The notes beneath the pieces are model-generated. The model saw only the letters and a program-made list of their open reading frames with translations. It searched no databases and was not told the DNA's origin. Below, piece after piece: positions 60,332 through 64,000 of a stretch of DNA of 64,000 nt. The stretch comes from Kiritimatiellia bacterium. Lineage in GTDB: Bacteria > Verrucomicrobiota > Kiritimatiellia > PWTM01. Each line of letters begins with the position of its first letter. The stretch's first letter is position 1. The position numbers and the translations under genes are program-made. The DNA lies in the NCBI GenBank assembly GCA_026417735.1, contig JAOACR010000009.1, positions 139,641 to 203,640 on the forward strand. Direction: 5' to 3'.

Positions 60332-62200
60332 TTAGGGCGCCGCGCGCCGTTCACCGGTCAGGTACTCGACCAGACGCGCGATGTACCCGTTGGCGCGTGC
60401 GGGCGCGTTCGGATCGGTAAGCGGCAGCGCGGCGATGCTCGCGCGCAATGGGCCGGTCACCGCCTCGCCACACGCGCTGAGCGCGTTCAACGCTTCGATG
60501 GCGGCGTACACGCCCGCCTGCCGCGGCGACATCAACTCCGCGAGCACCGCGATCGCGGCGGGTCGGTCCGATCCTTCGCCGAACCGTGCCAGCGCCTCCG
60601 CCGCAGCGATGCGGACGCTTGGCGACTCATCCGCCAGCGCCCCACGCAACGCATCGCGGCCCACCCGTACAGCCGCGCGGCCGCGAATGCAGAACCCGAC
60701 GGCCGCCCAGTACCGCACCCCGCTGTCCGCATCGGCGAGCAACTCCGCAAGGCGCGGCACCGAGCCCTCATCGCGGCAGGCCGCCAACTCGGCGGCGTCA
60801 AAGATGCGCTCCAGCGGGTACAGCACGGGATCGCGCGCGAAGTCGCCGATCGTCTTGCCGGAGGCCGCCGCGCGCCGGTGGACCTCCGCCTCGGGCAGGT
60901 AGCCGACGTCGCGCACCTCCATCACGTGACGCCGCAACGCGCCTCGCAGGGTCTGCAGCACGTGGCGGTGCGCGGCAGAGTCGGCGAGGTTCACCGTCTC
61001 GTGCGGGTCGACCTCTAGGTCATACAGCTCCTCGCAGGGCTTGGGTTCCCAGAAGCGGCGCTGCGCGGGCGATTCCAGCCGGCCGGCATCGTACAGCTGT
61101 TTCCAGATCCGCGTGGTCGGGGTTTGAAACATGTAATCAAGGTATTCGCCGTAGATGCGATGCGGGTGATAGTGGCGGAGGTAAACGTGGCGGGAAGTAC
61201 GGACGGCGCGCACCATGTCGATGCGCTCGTCCATCCGGCCGCGCAGTCCGAAGAGACACTCTGTTGGCTCGGCGGTGTGGGGCCCGAGAAACGCACGGCC
61301 CTGCATCCAGTCCGGCGGACGGACACCCGCGAGGCTGAGCACCGTCGGCGCCAGGTCTACAAAGCTCACCAGCCGCTTCACCTCGTCCCCCGGACGGTGA
61401 TTCGGTGGCGCCAGGTGCCAAAACTTCTCGGGGATGTAGACGACCAGTCCCACCCGTAGGCCGCTGTCGTAGGGCCAGCGTTTGCAGCGAGGCAGTCCGG
61501 GGCCGTGATCGCCGTAGACCATCACGATCGTCTCGTCCCCGAGCCCTTCCGCCTCCAGCTCGCGCAGATGCTCGCCGACCTTTGCGTCGAAGTCGGTGAT
61601 GTTATCGTAGTACTGCGCCCAGTCCTGCCGCACCTCGAGGGTGTTCGGGTGGTAGGGCGGCACCGGCGCGCGCTCCACGTCGTGACGCCACGTGTGCGGC
61701 CGCCGTCGCACCGCGCTCTCGTGGGTCATCGTATAGTTGAACACCGCGAAAAATGGCTGGCCGGCCGCACGGTTGCGATAGTGCGCCCGCGCGGAGGAGT
61801 CATCCCACACCCGGCCGGGCTTCGAGAGGTTATAGTCCTCCTTGCTGTTGTTGCTGCAGTAGTAGCCCGCCTCGCGCAGCAGTTGCGGGTACATGCGCAG
61901 CCAAGGGGGCGGTGCGACCTCGCTGCGCATGTGTTCGGCACCTAGCGCAGAAGGATACATGCCGGCGATGATGGCTGTGCGCGCCGGCGCGCAGACCGGC
62001 GCGGTCGCCCAAACCGTGCGGTAGCGCAGCCCGCGCGCGGCCAGCGCATCGATATTGGGGGTCCGCGCGTAGGCATCCCCGTAGCAGCCCCAGTGCGGCC
62101 CAATATCTTCCGCAGTGATCCAGAGCATGTTGGGCCGCGGCGTCGAGGCAACGGCCCATCCGGCCAGCAACACGAAGAACCCCAACCCGCATTTGCTCAT
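60332..62200 (-). CDS. formylglycine-dependent sulfatase fused to C-terminal HEAT/PBS-lyase-like repeats
   Basis: The ATG at 62200 gives the signal MSKCGLGFFVLLAGWAVAS. PNMLWITAEDIG and APVCAPARTAIIAG (CxPxR) motifs. C-terminal LLADADSGVRYWAAVGF...LADESPSVRIAAAEALARFGE HEAT-like repeats. The upstream 270 codons of the track ORF are noise. Confidence 0.88.
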   Translation of the reverse strand: MSKCGLGFFVLLAGWAVASTPRPNMLWITAEDIGPHWGCYGDAYARTPNIDALAARGLRYRTVWATAPVCAPARTAIIAGMYPSALGAEHMRSEVAPPPWLRMYPQLLREAGYYCSNNSKEDYNLSKPGRVWDDSSARAHYRNRAAGQPFFAVFNYTMTHESAVRRRPHTWRHDVERAPVPPYHPNTLEVRQDWAQYYDNITDFDAKVGEHLRELEAEGLGDETIVMVYGDHGPGLPRCKRWPYDSGLRVGLVVYIPEKFWHLAPPNHRPGDEVKRLVSFVDLAPTVLSLAGVRPPDWMQGRAFLGPHTAEPTECLFGLRGRMDERIDMVRAVRTSRHVYLRHYHPHRIYGEYLDYMFQTPTTRIWKQLYDAGRLESPAQRRFWEPKPCEELYDLEVDPHETVNLADSAAHRHVLQTLRGALRRHVMEVRDVGYLPEAEVHRRAAASGKTIGDFARDPVLYPLERIFDAAELAACRDEGSVPRLAELLADADSGVRYWAAVGFCIRGRAAVRVGRDALRGALADESPSVRIAAAEALARFGEGSDRPAAIAVLAELMSPRQAGVYAAIEALNALSACGEAVTGPLRASIAALPLTDPNAPARANGYIARLVEYLTGERRAAP

Positions 62201-62383
62201 CTCAGACCACCTATCCGACCGCGTCGGCCGCGGCGTCACAGTGCACCGCACAGTGTACTCGTGGTGCCCCCCACAAATACAGCCGTACGGCCCCCACCTC
62301 TTCGAGCTCCGGCGGTGTTGACCACCGTCTGTTGCCGAGACCGGGCTCCGGCGAACCTGCACACCCTGTGATACAGTTGCGAC

Positions 62384-63187
62384 ATGCGCGGTTCCCGGCG
62401 TTGGCCGATCGCGTTGACGATCGGCGGTACCGACAGCAGCGGCGGTGCGGGCGTGACGGCGGACGTCGGCGTGTTTGCGCTGGCGGGTCTGCACGGCGCG
62501 GTTGCGCTCACATGTGTGACCGCTCAGCGCCCCGGCAAAGTCACCGCGGTCCAGCCGCTTCCGGTCCGGCTCATCCGTGCGCAGCTCGACGCGGTCGCCG
62601 CGACGGGACCCGTCGCGGTCGTCAAAACCGGCATGCTGTTCGCGGAGCGCATCATCGAGGCCGTCGCGCTCGCGGTTCGGCAGCATCGCTGGCAGCGCCT
62701 CGTGGTGGACCCCGTGATGGTCGCCGCGGGAGGTGACCCGCTGCTGCAACCCCGCGCGGTGCGCGCCATGCGCGAACGGATCGTCCCGCTGGCGACGATC
62801 ATCACTCCAAACCTCTACGAGGCCGCGTTGCTTCTGGAGCGGCCGATCGGCCCGAACGACGACCTTGTGCTGGCCGCCCGAGAGCTCGCCCGCCGCTTTC
62901 GCACCGCTGTGCTGCTGAAGGGGGGACACCGGGGCGGTATGCAAATCGAAAACGCGTACGCGGACGGCCACACCGCCTGGCGGCTCATCACTCGCCGTGC
63001 ACATGGCGTCTCGGACCACGGCGCCGGATGTCTAGTGGCGGCGCTCGTCACCGCACATCTTGCGCACGGGCGGTCCCCCTCACAGGCCGCACGGGCAGCG
63101 ATTCGAGGGGCCGCCGCCGCGTTCAATGCCGCCCGCCGCGTGGGCCACTGGCGGCTGGCCGATCCCGCGCTCGCATGGCGTCGCTGA
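62384..63187 (+). CDS. thiD: hydroxymethylpyrimidine/phosphomethylpyrimidine kinase
   Basis: IALTIGGTDSSGGAGVTADV N-terminus, VKTGML, VVDPVM and LLKGGH motifs of ThiD/ribokinase-like PfkB kinases. Confidence 0.9.
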   Translation: MRGSRRWPIALTIGGTDSSGGAGVTADVGVFALAGLHGAVALTCVTAQRPGKVTAVQPLPVRLIRAQLDAVAATGPVAVVKTGMLFAERIIEAVALAVRQHRWQRLVVDPVMVAAGGDPLLQPRAVRAMRERIVPLATIITPNLYEAALLLERPIGPNDDLVLAARELARRFRTAVLLKGGHRGGMQIENAYADGHTAWRLITRRAHGVSDHGAGCLVAALVTAHLAHGRSPSQAARAAIRGAAAAFNAARRVGHWRLADPALAWRR

Positions 63188-64000
63188 CACCGTCTGCAGC
63201 ACCGGCCCCGCGACGTCCCCTCGTTGGCGTCGCGCTGATGTGGACCGCCGGTCTGGGTCTTGCACACCTCTGGCCGCAGATCCCGCCCCCCGCGGCGATG
63301 GTCACCGCCGGCATAGCGGCCCTGTTGGCAGCGGCGCTTGCCCGACGCGGGCGCGGCGCGGTGTGTCTCGTTCACGTGGCCGTGCTCAGCACCGCGATCT
63401 CGCACGGGCTGCTCGCCCGGCCGGAGCACCGGCCGGACACGCTTGCCGCGCGGCTGCTACGGCCGGCGCAATTCGTCGAGCTCACCCTGCGGTTGGACTC
63501 GCCGCCGGTTCGGCTGCCCGGCGAGGGATCCGGCCCGTCTCGCTGGCGGTGCTGGGGCATCGTCGAAGCCATCCGGTCCACCGAGTCGGGCTGGCAGTCT
63601 GCTTCCGGTCGCGTAGAGGTGTGGATGGCCACCGAGCCCACAGGCCCGCAACCCGCCTATGGCGATCGCTGGCGGGTGGGAGCGGTCGCGCGGCGGGGCG
63701 AGGACGGACGGCTGCGGCTTTCCGTGCGGGGGCCGGCAGATCTGCTGGCGCGAAACGCGGGCTCGCGATGGCGCGCCTGGTGCTACGCGCAGCGCGAACG
63801 CGCACGTGCCGCGCTGCGCCGTGGAATCGAAGATTGGACCGGGCCGGCCGAGATCATCCCCGCGATGGTGCTCGGCTATCGTGAAGAAGTGCTGCCCGAG
63901 CTGCGCGAGAGGTTTCTGCGCACCGGAACCGCCCACATTTTTGCGATCAGTGGGCTGCACGTGGGCATCTTCTCGGTGGTGCTCGCCGCCGCATTGCGAA
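63175..64000 (+). CDS. comEC: ComEC/Rec2-family DNA internalization membrane protein, N-terminal part (runs off right edge)
   Basis: Open frame from ATG 63175 to the window end; it is not in the track because it has no stop. MASLTPSAAPAPRRPLVGVALMWTAGLGLAHL.... It ends in the ComEC signature TGTAHIFAISGLHVGIFSVVLAA. It overlaps the thiD end by 13 nt. Confidence 0.7.
   Translation, partial: MASLTPSAAPAPRRPLVGVALMWTAGLGLAHLWPQIPPPAAMVTAGIAALLAAALARRGRGAVCLVHVAVLSTAISHGLLARPEHRPDTLAARLLRPAQFVELTLRLDSPPVRLPGEGSGPSRWRCWGIVEAIRSTESGWQSASGRVEVWMATEPTGPQPAYGDRWRVGAVARRGEDGRLRLSVRGPADLLARNAGSRWRAWCYAQRERARAALRRGIEDWTGPAEIIPAMVLGYREEVLPELRERFLRTGTAHIFAISGLHVGIFSVVLAAALR

Noticed and set aside
59155-60420. 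421-aa plus-strand ORF as an intact gene.
   Set aside because: Its 5' third is antisense to the CPBP protease gene, and most of the translation is Arg-rich noise. Only short internal blocks look PL7-like, so it is treated as a pseudogene remnant instead.
62250-62383. Possible TPP (THI-box) riboswitch upstream of thiD. ACTCGTGGTGCC, CCGAGAC and GAACCTG...CTGTGATACAG loosely resemble CUCGGGGUGCC, CUGAGA and ACCUGAUCUGGAUAAUGCCAG.
   Set aside because: The expected ACCC complement after the CUGAGA-like element is missing. P2 cannot be formed with the GUGG variant. The spacing between elements is ~70 nt instead of ~15-25 nt. The similarity is probably chance, but a covariance-model scan (Rfam RF00059) would settle it.

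Overview
High-GC chromosomal segment, roughly two-thirds G+C by eye, densely packed with about 55 protein genes and 3 tRNAs (Val-TAC, Ala-GGC, Thr-CGT). I saw no rRNA, CRISPR array, transposase or integrase. The gene content includes a PEP-CTERM protein built from autotransporter-associated beta-strand repeats, a DUF1559-type prepilin-like protein, a sulfatase, a GH29 fucosidase and signal-peptide-bearing xylose-isomerase-like TIM barrels. This points to a PVC/Verrucomicrobiota (Opitutae-like) organism, which is an inference only. Because of the GC content nearly every real gene is shadowed by very long antisense or out-of-frame ORFs in the track. I resolved these by motif content, signal peptides, Shine-Dalgarno (SD) sequences and start/stop coupling. 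Blocks from left to right: (1) a LacI stub with an operator, a secreted glycoside hydrolase (GH) with a carbohydrate-binding module (CBM), a TIM-barrel isomerase and a metzincin. (2) A sugar salvage cluster: ROK-like kinase, nucleotidyltransferase, APH-fold kinase and SSS transporter. (3) An ECF sigma/anti-sigma module flanked by lipoproteins, then lysA. (4) A soluble NAD-linked [NiFe] hydrogenase operon hoxFUYHW with a translationally coupled receiver-only response regulator. (5) A fucosidase, an esterase, a URO-D-family protein, galU and a GHMP kinase. (6) A tightly coupled heme operon hemA-hemCD-hemB-hemL-hemE. (7) A redoxin, a DsbD-N-like protein, priA, and efp-marC-epmA. (8) An orphan RND pump. 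(9) A GH88-cupin-Gfo/Idh/MocA-SDR uronate cluster. (10) A CPBP protease and a large PEP-CTERM repeat protein. (11) A decayed PL7-like remnant, a sulfatase-HEAT fusion, thiD and the start of comEC. The strongest candidate for something undescribed is a compositionally foreign low-GC islet (about 33.6-35.1 kb) immediately downstream of hemE on the same strand. Its first gene opens with only the terminal NCRC-containing stub of a phage MuF-like domain, followed by an unknown domain of about 200 aa. Two small unknown ORFs follow. The geometry resembles an orphan polymorphic-toxin/immunity cassette. Other notable points are a HemC-HemD fusion that appears to lack the cofactor-bearing HemC domain 3, a short HemA, and an in-frame TGA between the signal peptide and body of the PEP-CTERM protein. 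All functional calls come from reading the translations by eye; no database search was possible.
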